Part shown: one piece after another, positions 37,272-49,400 of the stretch | Layout: each line of letters starts with the position of its first letter | Position numbering within the stretch: the stretch's first letter is position 1 | DNA from: Vicugna vicugna | Lineage: Eukaryota | Length of the DNA stretch: 64,000 nt | Direction: 5' to 3' | Assembly (NCBI GenBank): GCA_013265495.1 | Contig: MU058781.1 | Coordinates: 4,961,050-5,025,049 of the forward strand | Program-made: the position numbers and the translations under genes | Notes under the pieces: model-generated | Databases searched by the model: none | Told to the model about the DNA's origin: nothing | Seen by the model: the letters and a program-made list of their open reading frames with translations, nothing else

Positions 37272-40200
37272 CATAGCCCCCCCCCCCCCCCCCCCCAAAA
37301 AAAAAAAAAAAAACCAAACCCAAAAAAAACGAGGACACAGAGGCCCACTTGCCCAAGAGCCCAAGTTAGTTGAACCAAAACAGCCAGGTCCTTGCCCTCG
37401 AACCACTCTGACCAAGCAGGGCTTTACAAGGATTCGTCTCGAGCAGATTCAACCAAAAATAACTCCTCTAGGTAAATCGGGTTAATAGCAGACTTTTACT
37501 CTAAATAGCTGCCTGTGTAATTTAATTAAGACAAGTGCTGCAAATATTTAACATCCTGTGGTTTTCAGCATAAACAAATGATTTCATCTGTTTATATGTA
37601 AAGCAACGAATGAGGCCTCTGAACCAGTAAGGTTCAGAGATCTCCAGAAATACCGTAAAGCGGGCATTCCAGGTCACAAACCTCTTCTCATGGAGCCGGC
37701 GACCTCCCTTTTCCGTCGCCTGGCGAAGTCCTTGCGCTGGGATGAGGCAAACACGGGTTGTAACCGTGGAGCAGGGAGGACGGGAGCACCGAGGGTCCAG
37801 GCTGCAGCCAGTGCTGCTTGCTACAGAGGTTGCTGTGCGTTGGGCTCTGCTAGCCTCCGGGTTCACTTGAGGGTGTGTTTATTTTCTCTGTACTATACAG
37901 GATGTTTACAGCCATCTTGTGTGGTTTACCCACAACTGCACTTGCATTTGAATTTGGTGGGCAGCTTGCCCTGGGCCCAGGATATCCCCTGCCCGACCCC
38001 CCACAACCTCCAAGACACACACACTCACACCCACACTCATGCACGCACGCCCTTGTTTCTTTGACTAGCTGCCAGGTTTGTGGTGTGTGTCTGGGATAGA
38101 ATAGAGTGGGTAATTATTTTGGGGATGGAAACAGGAATCTTTTTTTTTTTTTTTTGAATAGGCCTTTCAGCAAGTTGGCAAAGCTTCAGGGCCAGCTCCC
38201 ACACCGGTACAAAGAGCACGGCTATGCTGGTCATTCTGCATTTGCCAGACACAACACATCTTCTTTTTCGAATGAACACCCCTCTCCCCTCCATCCATTG
38301 CTTTTTGTTTAGAATTGGGATGTAATCTAAGTAATTGGATTTACCAGCCTATGTCTTGAATATTTGAAAATTGAGTTAATAAAGTGGCGTTTAGGCATAC
38401 ACGTCCCTCCTCAAGGACCAGCTGGGCACTGCTTTAAACCGTCTGGTCCCCCTTGCCCCTGTTTTGTCCAACCGAATTGTGAGCCTACCCCTTGTCCTCC
38501 TTGGGTTTGTAAACTATCAGACATCCTGGTCAGAAATGGAATTTAATTAACCTAGAAATTGCTGTTGTGCCATATTTAAGGCTGCCCTAGAGATTGAGCG
38601 CGCAGATAGCAGTAAGCTGGTTAACTCTGTGCTGTAGATAACCCCAGAGGAAACCTGGAGACACAGTGCCACCCCCTCGCGAGGCCGGTGGTGGCAGACT
38701 GCCCGGGAGGCTTCTTAATGCAGGATTTGGGGAGGGCGGGCAGGGACACAGGGAGGTGTTACGGAACAAAAAAGATACTTGTCACAGGGCTTTGTCAGCT
38801 ACCAGTGCGTTGTCTTGCAATTCATTTGTTAACTTTGAAAACAATGCTAGTGTTTATTTTGGTCTGCTGCTTTATTCCGATCAAGGTGCTATATGTATAT
38901 TTTTTAACCTGAATATGAAAAATATTTGAAGATTTATCTGGGCAAAATTTTAAGTGATCAAGGAAATTCTTCTTTTGGCTATTGGCCCTGATGCCAACTA
39001 ACCCCACATCAGAGAAGGCTTCTTCTGTGTTTCTTGGGGCATGGACGACAAAAGAGGAAGAAGATGGACCCTCTCCCTCCAGCTCATGCAGCTGAGCAAG
39101 AGGTGCCAACGGTCTCTGATGTATGGGGGTCGGGTGTGGCAGGACCCTCCATCTGGCTGCAGCAGATCGTGGCCCATGGGCAGTTGTGCTGTGTGGGGGC
39201 AAAGGTGTGCCTTGGGGTGGGGGTGGCACCTTGTAACACACTTTGGCTTTTGTAAGACGATGCTCTTGATGCCAGGTGGCTCCCTAAATCCTTAATAAGT
39301 GATGACGGTGGCAATGGTGGAAATTGTGACCATGTGGGCAGATTCTTAGTGGATTCTTACGAAACTGATTCTTACTGAAACTAAGTTCCAGTTGACATTT
39401 GGGCAGCCATCTACTGGGATGGCCAGTCACCTTACCGGGGCAGAGCCGCAGGCCTCTCCTGTTGCCCTTGAGTGGTTCCAGATCCATCCAGGTGTCTCCC
39501 TGCCACCTCCAGATTGCCATTCCGTCTGCCCCTCTGCTCAAAAAAAATGTGTAATTCCTAAAGGATGACTGGTGAATTATATCATAAATGGGACAGCAGC
39601 AGAGTGTCCCTGCCGTTCCGTGCCAGCATCTGTGGGGGGCTTGCCTGGTCGCATGGCAGCACGTGGTTGCAGAAATAGGCTGGAAGGAGGAGACTGTAGG
39701 GGAGCCCACTCTGCAGCTCACCGAAGGGCAGAGGAACAGAACTGGGGTTGAGCGGTTATCGTGGGGGACGTGCTGTGGGAGGATGGTTCAGTCTTTCTGA
39801 GGAGGGGATTTTCAAACAGACGTGGAAAATTTTGACTCCATATAAAGCAGCAGACTGAAATGCTCCCCTTGCTGGATTCTGGGGAGAAGCCAGCCATGGC
39901 AAGATGAAGGGGAGGGGTGTTCCGGCTGGAGGAGGCAGTCTGAAGTCAGCAGGGTTCCCCTGGGAACCTTTGCCTCTATCCTAAGAGCATTTATTTCTAC
40001 GTAGAGTGACACTGGGGGAATCAGCAGTTTAAATTGCAACCCCCGCTACCCCTCTTTAGGGTATTTTGCTTTAACAGGATTCACACCAGCAGGGCTGAGC
40101 TTTGTCATAACTGACTTGACGTGGGAGCTTCAGAGAAGGCGCGCCCCAGATGGCCTTACCCACAACTAGGGGTTCAGAGAGCAAGCTGTGTGTTCTCTCA

Positions 40201-43200
40201 GTGCCGTCTGAGGCTTTTAGTCCTGTAATTCACATATGCACGTTTACGGCCCGGAAGGTGATGAACAGAATGATTTGATCTGAAACCACTTCTGGTCCCT
40301 CTATCTTACTGCCCAACCCAGCCTTAGATTTCAATACACTGCCAATAAAATGTTACCCTCAGTGTATTTATTCATGTATAAGTGTCTTTACACGTTTCTT
40401 CCTCAGTTGGTTTAAGTTTCTTGGGCTTGCTAGAGAGTTTGGTTTAATTGGTTTAATTGACCTCCCGAGCACGAAGGAGTCTTCTGTAAGGGAAATTCCT
40501 TCCTTGATCAATTAATGAAATACTGACACAGAAGTGAGTCACGCTCCGCTAGATACCCTGTGGTTTGTGTGAGGGACAGATAACCTCTGTATTTCCTGCA
40601 TGCCGGCTTGTCTGTATATTTCCGACGGGCAGGAAGGGCCCGCCTGACTTAGATTGAGGCTGAAAGCCTATGGAGGCCCCAGATTCTTGCTTTTTTCTCC
40701 CCGGACCCCCAGGAACCCCAAACTCTCTCCACCCGCACCCTCAGGATGGCTCAACCTCCTTAGTTCAAACTAAATTTCCATTTTAAAGCGTTTTTGCTCT
40801 AGTAATGGAATGGAGGGTGTTCCTGGCCAAAACGTCAGTCACCTGGTGGAGGGGTGCTTACCTGCTGCCCCACTCCCTGCTGGAGCCCGGCCTCTGAGTG
40901 CCGGCCCTCTCCTCTGCACCTTAGCCTGCTTCCTCCCCCAGCATCTCCAGGTGCAGGTAATCTGGTTCTTCAACATCTGGACCTCCCTGCCCCCTTTTCT
41001 GGACTGATGATTTTAAATTCCTGGAATGAGACATTCTAGGATGACTCACCTATCCTGCCAGCATACCGGCACAGCTAAGAGCTTCCTCCAGGACTTGGCC
41101 TCCGAGTTGTGTCATTCAGATTCCTTCAGATTCCTTTGTCGTGTGGGGCCAGCCAAGCAAAGTCACACCTTTGTAATCCCCCAGGACTCTGCCCGATGAA
41201 AAGGCAAACCGCAGACCTGCCCTTTCTGCGAAGTATGGATTCTTCGGGCCTCTTTAAAAAGATATTGGTTTGTCTTGTTCTTTAGTTCCTGCTTTCATCT
41301 GAGTCTCACAAATGCTTAATCACTTGGGAGCTCGGCATGTTCCTTTGAGGGGTAATTTATTTTACTGCCGCTTTTTAATCTGTTGTGGCCTTATTTTTCA
41401 TAGCCTCCCTGAGAAAGTCATCAGGCAGAAAAGCGTCTTTTATTTGAGCAGCGGTCAGAGCATTTATCTCTGCGGTTCTAAAATTGTAGCACGTTGTGCC
41501 GGGTCTGCTCCGGGGTCTGCACGCCACCTCTGTTGGCGGGTTTGTTTTTCATTCAGGCTGTGTGCGGCTTCTCGTAATGTGTGGCATTCGTCATTTGCCA
41601 GCTTTTGGGAAAGCAGTAAGCACTGAGCATCCTGTTCACACGCAGGAAGCATTAGGTCCCTGTAGTAGTAGCTCATGAGTTGTGTCCATTTACATGAAGA
41701 TGTACACATCATAAAATTGCAGTTAGGTTTTCCAACTGAAAAGGGGTTTTCTGACAGGTTTTCTAACAGGGCGAGAAGGTTGGTGGAGAAGAGCATCTCT
41801 GTTGGACGAGGAGGGTAGGCCTCCTGCGGCCAGCCCACCCTGAGGGTGGCAGTGCCTGGCGAGGGTGTGGCTTGTGGGACCGAGGTTGAGTTTTATATCT
41901 GTTAAATCTAATAAATTCGAGCTTGTAGTTTATATCTTTCATTTTCCCTTTACAGTAGCTACTCTTTTCTTACAAAAATACCCATTTGCAATATGCAGAA
42001 AATCTAAGGTGGTGAGAAAGAACCAAATACAAAAGAGATTTTCCTCTCAGTTTGAGAAGCACTGCCCTCAGGTCTCTCAGTCAGCCACCCCTGTCCCGTC
42101 TGATCCTCCTGGAAGGCCACTCCTGCGCTTGGTGGCTTGTCCAGCACATACTTCTGCTCACTCACTGTCTTCTAGACAGTGGTTGAGGGGGAGGACAAAA
42201 AAAAGCTCTCCGTTCTGCATAACACAGGAACGGGGTATCGTTTTGTTCCCTTACCATTACAATGTTTGGAATTTCTCTTAAAGTCGTTTAGCTTTCCACC
42301 AGTACCTTGTTCTGCGGCTGTTTCCCTTTGGTTATTCCTGGGTGCTTTTGATTCGCTGTGATGTTAAGGATGGAGAGTTGTTGCCCAGTCAGTAAGCGGC
42401 AGTCATGCTGTCTCTCCTTTGACCACGTGTCAGTTCATATCGGGAACGTGACCTGTGCAGAGGTGTTTTTGGTGGGTCCTAGGGGAGGAGGAGTAGAGTC
42501 TGGGTGGGACACAGGGGAGGTTAAACTTAAAGGTACTAATTTTTACAAAGGACAAAACCAGTGTGTGTGTGGGGGAGTGTTTTGTTGAATATTGGATTGT
42601 TAACTTACGCTGTTAGAGCATTTTGAAGATACTATGCGTGTGCTGTTTCATACAATCCCAGCAGTAGCTACGGGAAGACGTGCTTGTGCTTTACGAGCAT
42701 AGACGCGTGTGATACTCCGAACAGCCCTGACTTGGGTTGGCGGGGTGTGGGGGCATTGTCAGTCCCACGCAGTGATTGATTCCGATTTGGAGTCTGAACC
42801 AGAGCTATTCAAAGCCCTGTGCTATAGGGCTGCTTTTGGGGTCTTTATCCCCCCTTGCTCTCATACACAATTTCTTGAGCATCTTTATGAATAGGGCCAA
42901 GAGAGATGGTTTAAAGTAGGACACACATTGGTCTGCACCCTCAGGTGCTTACTTGCCACGAGGCTCTGAGATCTTGAAAACTGAAGGAAGAGCTAATAGG
43001 AGGCAATTTATGATAAAGGTCACATCAGTTACACAGAGGGTAAAAATACTCAGTAGAGAAAGGAAAACTAACTATTGGCCACGGCGTTAGGAAAGAAGTA
43101 AATAAACCTTTGCAAGGTTCATTAGGATTCAAATTAATAGAATGTCTGACACGTAAAATTCTGTAAATGAACGAGGTCTGGTTAAGGAGATCTAAGTTGT

Positions 43201-43899
43201 GATTTGCAGATGCCAAGTGGATAAATCAGGGGTTCGGTCTCTGTAGGATGGTGATGAGGGGAATAGGCCTGAAAGGTAGGTTAAGGCCAGTTTATTGAAT
43301 CCCTGACTCTAAGGAGCTTTTGTATAGGCGAGGGTAACACGTAATTTGGTGGTGAAGGAGGGGTTTTGAATAGACTAGAGAAATAGATTTTTTTTCTGCA
43401 GTACATGCTTTAAAAATTAATGTAGTCTTTTATGTGGCTGAATTGGAGTCAGATGAGTTTAGAGATGGGGAGACTACTTCCCCTGGGGTGTAAGACAAGG
43501 TCAGTGACAGGCCCAGGTGGGCCAGGTGCAAGGACACAGTGTGAAGGCAGCTGGGCTTGTGTTTGCGACAGTATCTTGTTAGAGCAGAATGCCATGTAAA
43601 TGTGGCTAAACGTCCAAAAGCCATTAGCCCCGTGTCACCCAGCGCCACGTGCTGTCATTGAAATACCCAGGCATGCACGTGGTTTGTGCACAAGCATGCC
43701 CTTGTACGCACACATACACACAATCTCAGGGTGCATATTACCGGTGTGTAAAACATAGCCCTTTAGGCAAATTTATTGCCCTTTAAAGCAGGCTCATGGT
43801 TTATGAGAGTGTGAGAGATACAGAACCTTAATTAGAAAGAGTTTGCTTGAAATAGGGTCTCTTTTCCCTTTTGTGTCATGATTTTATTGCTGCACGTAG

Positions 43900-44244
<345 letters not shown>

Positions 44245-45029
44245 TGAGGGAGGGCGAGTTTAAGGTGAGAAATCTCACCAAGAGGGTGCTTCAGCCTTCA
44301 TATGTATTTCTCCTTCTATTTTTCTTTGACTCTTAAATCACCTTTCTTGGCTTCTCAACCCACAATGTCACAATTTGTAGTTTCTGAATAATCGACTTCT
44401 CCCTGGCGTCTTTTTAGGACCTCCACCTCCACCTCCACCATCACACACAGGCTTTGGTGGGGGATTGTGGATGGGTGTGATGCACCCTTCCCTTGCTTTC
44501 CTGGTGTTTCCTGAGGTCTGGAAGTAAGCCGCGCTGACTGAGTGTCCTCACCCCTCCCGGGGCCGAGCCGCTTTAGGGAAGGCAGTAGCCGCGCTTTCTG
44601 AGTGCAGTTAGCAGTGCAGACGCTGCTCTGTGCACACGGGCAGGACCCGTGAACAGGGAGTGTGAGGGATGGGTTTGGGTTTACACGGCCTCATTTGGGG
44701 AAAGTACCTACTCTGGGAAGTTAGTGAGGGAAAAACTCAAAAGATGATGAGAGAGATTGAGAGACTCTTCAGTTTTGGTCAAGAGTATCACGCAAGTGAG
44801 TCTTGATTCTCCTCACTGTGCCCTGTTGGGTGCACGATTTCAATCTTGTCGCTCACATTGGTCACTCGAATAAGGTAGGTCTGTCAGGCGTCTCCACTTA
44901 GCCTCTTCGGCCTTTATAATTTATTAAGTATTTCATGGGGAGGCGCTTTGAAACGCGTATTTCACTTCTCGTCAACCTAAGTGTACTGATTTTTTGGTAT
45001 CTGTGTGGACTCATTTCCTGTTTTGTTCG

Positions 45030-45560
45030 AAGGGTGGTAAACTGCTACTGTTATTCATTTTGATGTTAGATTGTCCCAGATCTCGGCAGTGAGCCCCTTC
45101 AAGCTGGCTTCCTTTGCCTTCTGACACGTCCCTGTCACCCTTCCAGCCTGGCTCCCTGGCACAGCAGAATGCCCCAGGCTCATGTTGGGCACTCCTTCCC
45201 TCAGCCCTGGAACCAGCCATTTGTCCAAGGAGCCCTGTTTATTTTAAGGAACAACTGCTCTTAGAAGCTGAAGTCTGGGCATGAGCTGTGCTCATAACGA
45301 GTGCAGTGGAAATGTAGTGTGTGTGTGGGTGTATAAGTGCAAGAAATGTGTACACACGTGCTCGTTTAGTGTGTGTATCTGTGTCTCTAGGTCTGTTAAG
45401 ATCCATGAATGAGCACCAAGGCCCCCAGTTTTAGTTTAGCACCAAAAAGTTCTTTCTGGTTATCTTTCTTTCTTTTTTTTTTTTCCCGTATTAAACCCCG
45501 AGAAGTCTGGCTCCCATTATCCATAATGTATTTGTGTGTATGATCCATCTTTCCCAGTGT
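45030..45560 (-). mobile_element. L1MC-like 3' UTR fragment
   Basis: 'ttcattttgatgttagattgtcccagatctcggcagtgagccccttcaagctggcttcc...gccctggaaccagccatttgtccaaggagccctg' typical of antisense L1MC4/5. Confidence 0.7.
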
Positions 45561-45959
45561 GCCCCACCTCCCATCTCTGCTGGCCCCCTGCCCCCAGCCC
45601 TTCTGATCTCACTTGGCTCCGACCCCCTGAGCAGGCTGCCCCACGTGTGACCACCTCTTCACCTGGACTTGGCTCTCACACCTGACACGCTCCTGCCTCC
45701 CTCCCCTGCTTGCACTCTCACCAGTTTGTGTCAGGATTGAATTGTTAGGGGAGGGAGAATGAAGGGCGGAGGTTTATGTTCGACATTGCAGGCTGTTGGT
45801 AGTGCTCCAGGATGCTTAAGATGTGAAGGAGGAGAATGTTTGTGTTTCAGGGTGGCTCCCTCGACCCTCACTAAAGGGAGATGGGGGTAGCTGGGCCTCC
45901 TACCAGCAGTGCCCTTGAGTTTGACACAGCACCTTGCCTGCCGAGAGGTCCTGGTGATC

Positions 45960-46220
45960 CTGGGTGTTGAGGGTGAAGATGGAGAGGACGGTATGAAAAG
46001 CCAACAGGAAGGAATCAGGTGCTGGATTGGCTGTGAGGGGTGAAAGGAAGAGGAAAGGTGAGAATGACCAGCAGGCCTGAGGCTGGTAGGGTGTGGGGTG
46101 GTATCACCAGAAATGGAGAGTGAAGGGGACCAGGTGCTCAGAAGGAGGAATTTGAGTCAAAGGGATCTTTGAAGGGTCTTCAGTGTCACCAGCAGCAGGA
46201 TGCTTCAGGTAAGTAGGTGA
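45960..46220 (-). mobile_element. L2 LINE fragment
   Basis: Purine-rich 'ctggattggctgtgaggggtgaaaggaagaggaaaggtgagaatgacc...ggtatcaccagaaatggag'. Confidence 0.5.
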
Positions 46221-47149
46221 AGCTCTGCGTTGGTGGGACTCCGCCTTTGGTTCTTTTTAGTTCCACTGGAGCCAGGATAGACCTGGGAACCGTGCCTTAA
46301 CCCTTTACTTCTCTTGAGGAAGATTCACGCATCCTGATTTGTTACGGTGTCAGAACACTGCTCTGCTGATTATAGAATTTAGTTATGAAAGTTTTTCATA
46401 TGAAGTAGGTATGATTTGTTTTTAGAGATGAATTTGTGTTTGTGCCATGTGTGTCTGTATATGCATTATTTCATATTTTCCATAGTTTTGAGTGATTTGG
46501 AGAGGACCTTACTTGGAGAGACATGCTTATTGCTCAAGTAAATGGCATCTGGGGAAACATTTCCAGGTACCCAGCTTCAACACTTCCAGACTCCTTAAAA
46601 GACATGAGAGTCTTGTCTTTTCATAGACACAGTTTTCTTCTTTCAGTTGTCAGAAGGAACAAAGGTTTCAATAAGTGAAACCTAAAAGATGTTTAAAACA
46701 GTTTTGAAAAAATGCTCTGAGGCTTGGAAATTTATTGCTACGTCTGTGAGCCAGGCAATATAATAGGTTTTTTTGTTACTTGTTTTTAGCTGACATGCAA
46801 TAAGGGTTTGACAGAGTATTGTACTCTCTTAGTCTTTCTCCTGTACTGAGGTATTTAAAGTGTGGAGGCACCTTTTTTAAAAAATAAAAAACCACGGCTT
46901 TGTGAGGTCAGGCGTGTTTACCTGATCTGGCTTTTCTAAAAGCCCCAAATGATAGGTGATTCATTAAGTACTTTGTGATCCTGGAAATGTGGTGGGTTTG
47001 GTGGCATTAGATGGCATTTTTCAATACGCAATTCCTTGAGCTAATTAAAACTCAATTTGAATTGTACTAGGGTGAGATGATCTCTGTTGAAGTGGTTCTT
47101 TACTAATTTTCTTTCAATTTCAAATGGAGAAAAATAAGGTGTCAGACTT

Positions 47150-47600
47150 TTTTTTAAGTCCTAGATGTATTTCATGTTCCTAAAGGGAAGATCAGCAGAA
47201 AAAATGGAGAAACAGGCCAAACAAATAAATAAATAAAAATACGCGGCATTGCCCCAGTCTCCCCCCGCCCCCCCCCAATCTCCCAGAGACAGCCACTGTT
47301 GACGTCCTGTTTGGTCAGTGTTACTAAGCCTTCTCTGTGCCTGTACAATAAGAGTCACCCCCTTCCCCTCAGTGGAACTGCATTACATTTTCGTAATCTG
47401 GCTTTCCCATGGCTCCATGGTGTGGATGTCTCATAATTTATCTGATTCTTTGTTCACAGTTAGGTGTATTTCTTGCTTGTAGATATCAGATGCTAATGAC
47501 ACCTATCCTCACCTAAGTCTTTGCCTCCTCTGGAATCTTTACAGGCAAAGTTGGCAGTTGGGAATCTGGTTAACTTTCTATCTCAGCGTTCTGATTCTGA
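47150..47600 (-). mobile_element. L1ME-like 3' fragment
   Basis: 'ctcccagagacagccactgttgac...agccttctctgtgc...ccatggtgtggatgtctcataatttatctga'. Confidence 0.45.
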
Positions 47601-48784
47601 TACTTCTCTTTTGGTGCGGGTTCCAAGCGAAACAGAGCTTGTCCGAGCCCCATATTTGATGTTCAGCCTCAGGAGCACAGTCACTGTGTTGGGGTAAAGA
47701 AGGCGGTCTTACTAATAAACTCGGGAGTGATAGGAAACAAAGTCTGGCTCCTGAAATCATGAAGAAATCAAAGATCTGAACACGATGTTTGTTGCCAAAG
47801 ATTACAGACAATTCTTTTCTCCAGTCCCCAATTATTGCCTCTAATAGCCTCAGCGTTAATTTGGAATATGGAAGAGGATAAATCTTGGGGCTGAGCAAAA
47901 GAGGGAAAGTGGGGTTCTTTGAGCCTCGGTCTTCATCGTCCATCAGCGACACCCAGTGAGCCTGAGATCCAGCCTTCTCCCCACGACTCCATTAAGCATC
48001 TTCATCGAAAAGCTGACCTATTAATAGTCCTGGGATTACTGTGTGCATGTAAACACGGCAGGCAGCCTTCGTTCAGGGTTAAGAAGCTTTAGAGATTTTT
48101 TAAAAATCTGTTTGCAAGCACTCAGAGACCTTTCAGTGAAGTTTGGCAAAGCTCTCTCCTGTCAGGACCTAAAATCTCTAAAGGAGAGGAAGTTGGTAGT
48201 GCCGGCTGCCTGGAGTTCTTGCCTGCAGTGTGTTTACGTTTAAATGGCTGCTTTGAATGGGGTTCACATGTCTCCTGCCAGAGGCTTAACTAGTATCTTT
48301 CTCAGGTACATGGACCCGTACCCTTGGGGAAGGGGGGGAAGGGTGCCCCATGCAGCGCGCAGCGTCTCGAACCGTTGCTGCGTTTTCTGTCACTAGTCTC
48401 TTTATTCTTAATGAGTTCTGTCTTCCTCTCTTTGTTCTGTGACTATAAGCAGATTAAAAAGCTACACAGTAGAACAGCAGCGGGTTAAGTGATTCTCTTG
48501 TTTATATTTTTCTCTTTAAGGGGCGCTGTGAACAAGGGGGCTCCCCAAAGAGCAAACCCTGAAGATACACACCTACACATGGTTGCTCCTTCTGAGCGTG
48601 GATGTCACAGTCTGGTGTCACAGTTCAGCCAGAAGAGAGCTAAGGGGTGGTGGTGGGTGGGTTTCTAGGAAAGACCCACACTGTCAGCAGAGCTGAAGCA
48701 GTCCTTTCTGTTTGGGGGAACTGCATGCCTTTTGTTTCCCGGGTCTTAGAGAATCTTCAGTGCTCTGCTGTCGTTCAGTTGCTA

Positions 48785-49235
48785 ATTAATTCAGCAAGCC
48801 TTCATTGAACCCCTTTTATATGCTAGACACCTAGAAGCAGGAAAGCAGTGTGGTGGGTGCAGTAGGCTCCTGGCAGTGCCAGGGGAGAGGGTACCTGTGT
48901 GGAGCAGGAAGGAGTGAGCTCCCTGCCCAGGGCTGTGTCTGGGTGACTGCGGGAAGGAAGTAACCTGTGAGCTGGCTTGGTAGGCAGGGAAGGTTCTGCA
49001 GAAGCCCCGACCAAAGCGTGGGCTGGTGTTGGGTTGGTTGCCTGGAGTGCCCCTCGTGAAAGCAGGAAACTTAGATGTGGGCCCTGGGCGGGGTATTAGG
49101 GCATCCCCGAGGTTTAATGTGCCCTGGTTGAGTAAGATGATCCTGGCGGCATCGGAAAATGGGTTGAGGCTATAGGGAGCCTATCGAGAGGGTTTTATTT
49201 TAGGAACTCAGGCAGGAGCTGAATGAAGCCTGGTC
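48785..49235 (-). mobile_element. L2 LINE fragment(s)
   Basis: Antisense L2 3' end 'ttaattcagcaagccttcattgaacccc...tatgctagacac' followed by degenerate L2 body. Confidence 0.45.
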
Positions 49236-49247
49236 GATCTTGGGTAG

Positions 49248-49400
49248 AGGACTTAAGCTGCTCTCAGCCCAAGTGTCCTCATTTGTAAAATCGGTGTGTG
49301 GTGTCTTCCGCACACAGTTGCTGTGAGGTTGAAGTCATGGGTGTGAAGCAGGCCGGATGGTGCCTGTGGTAGGTGCCTCCAGTACACTTATTATTTCCTA
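49248..49400 (+). mobile_element. MIR SINE 3' half
   Basis: 'acttaagctgctctcagcccaagtgtcctcatttgtaaaatcgg...gttgctgtgaggttgaa...gtaggtgcctccagtacacttattatt'. Confidence 0.65.

Noticed and set aside
37062..37485. Lys/Pro/Phe-rich ORFs around the second gap
   Set aside because: Arise from homopolymer runs and Ns at a low-quality contig junction
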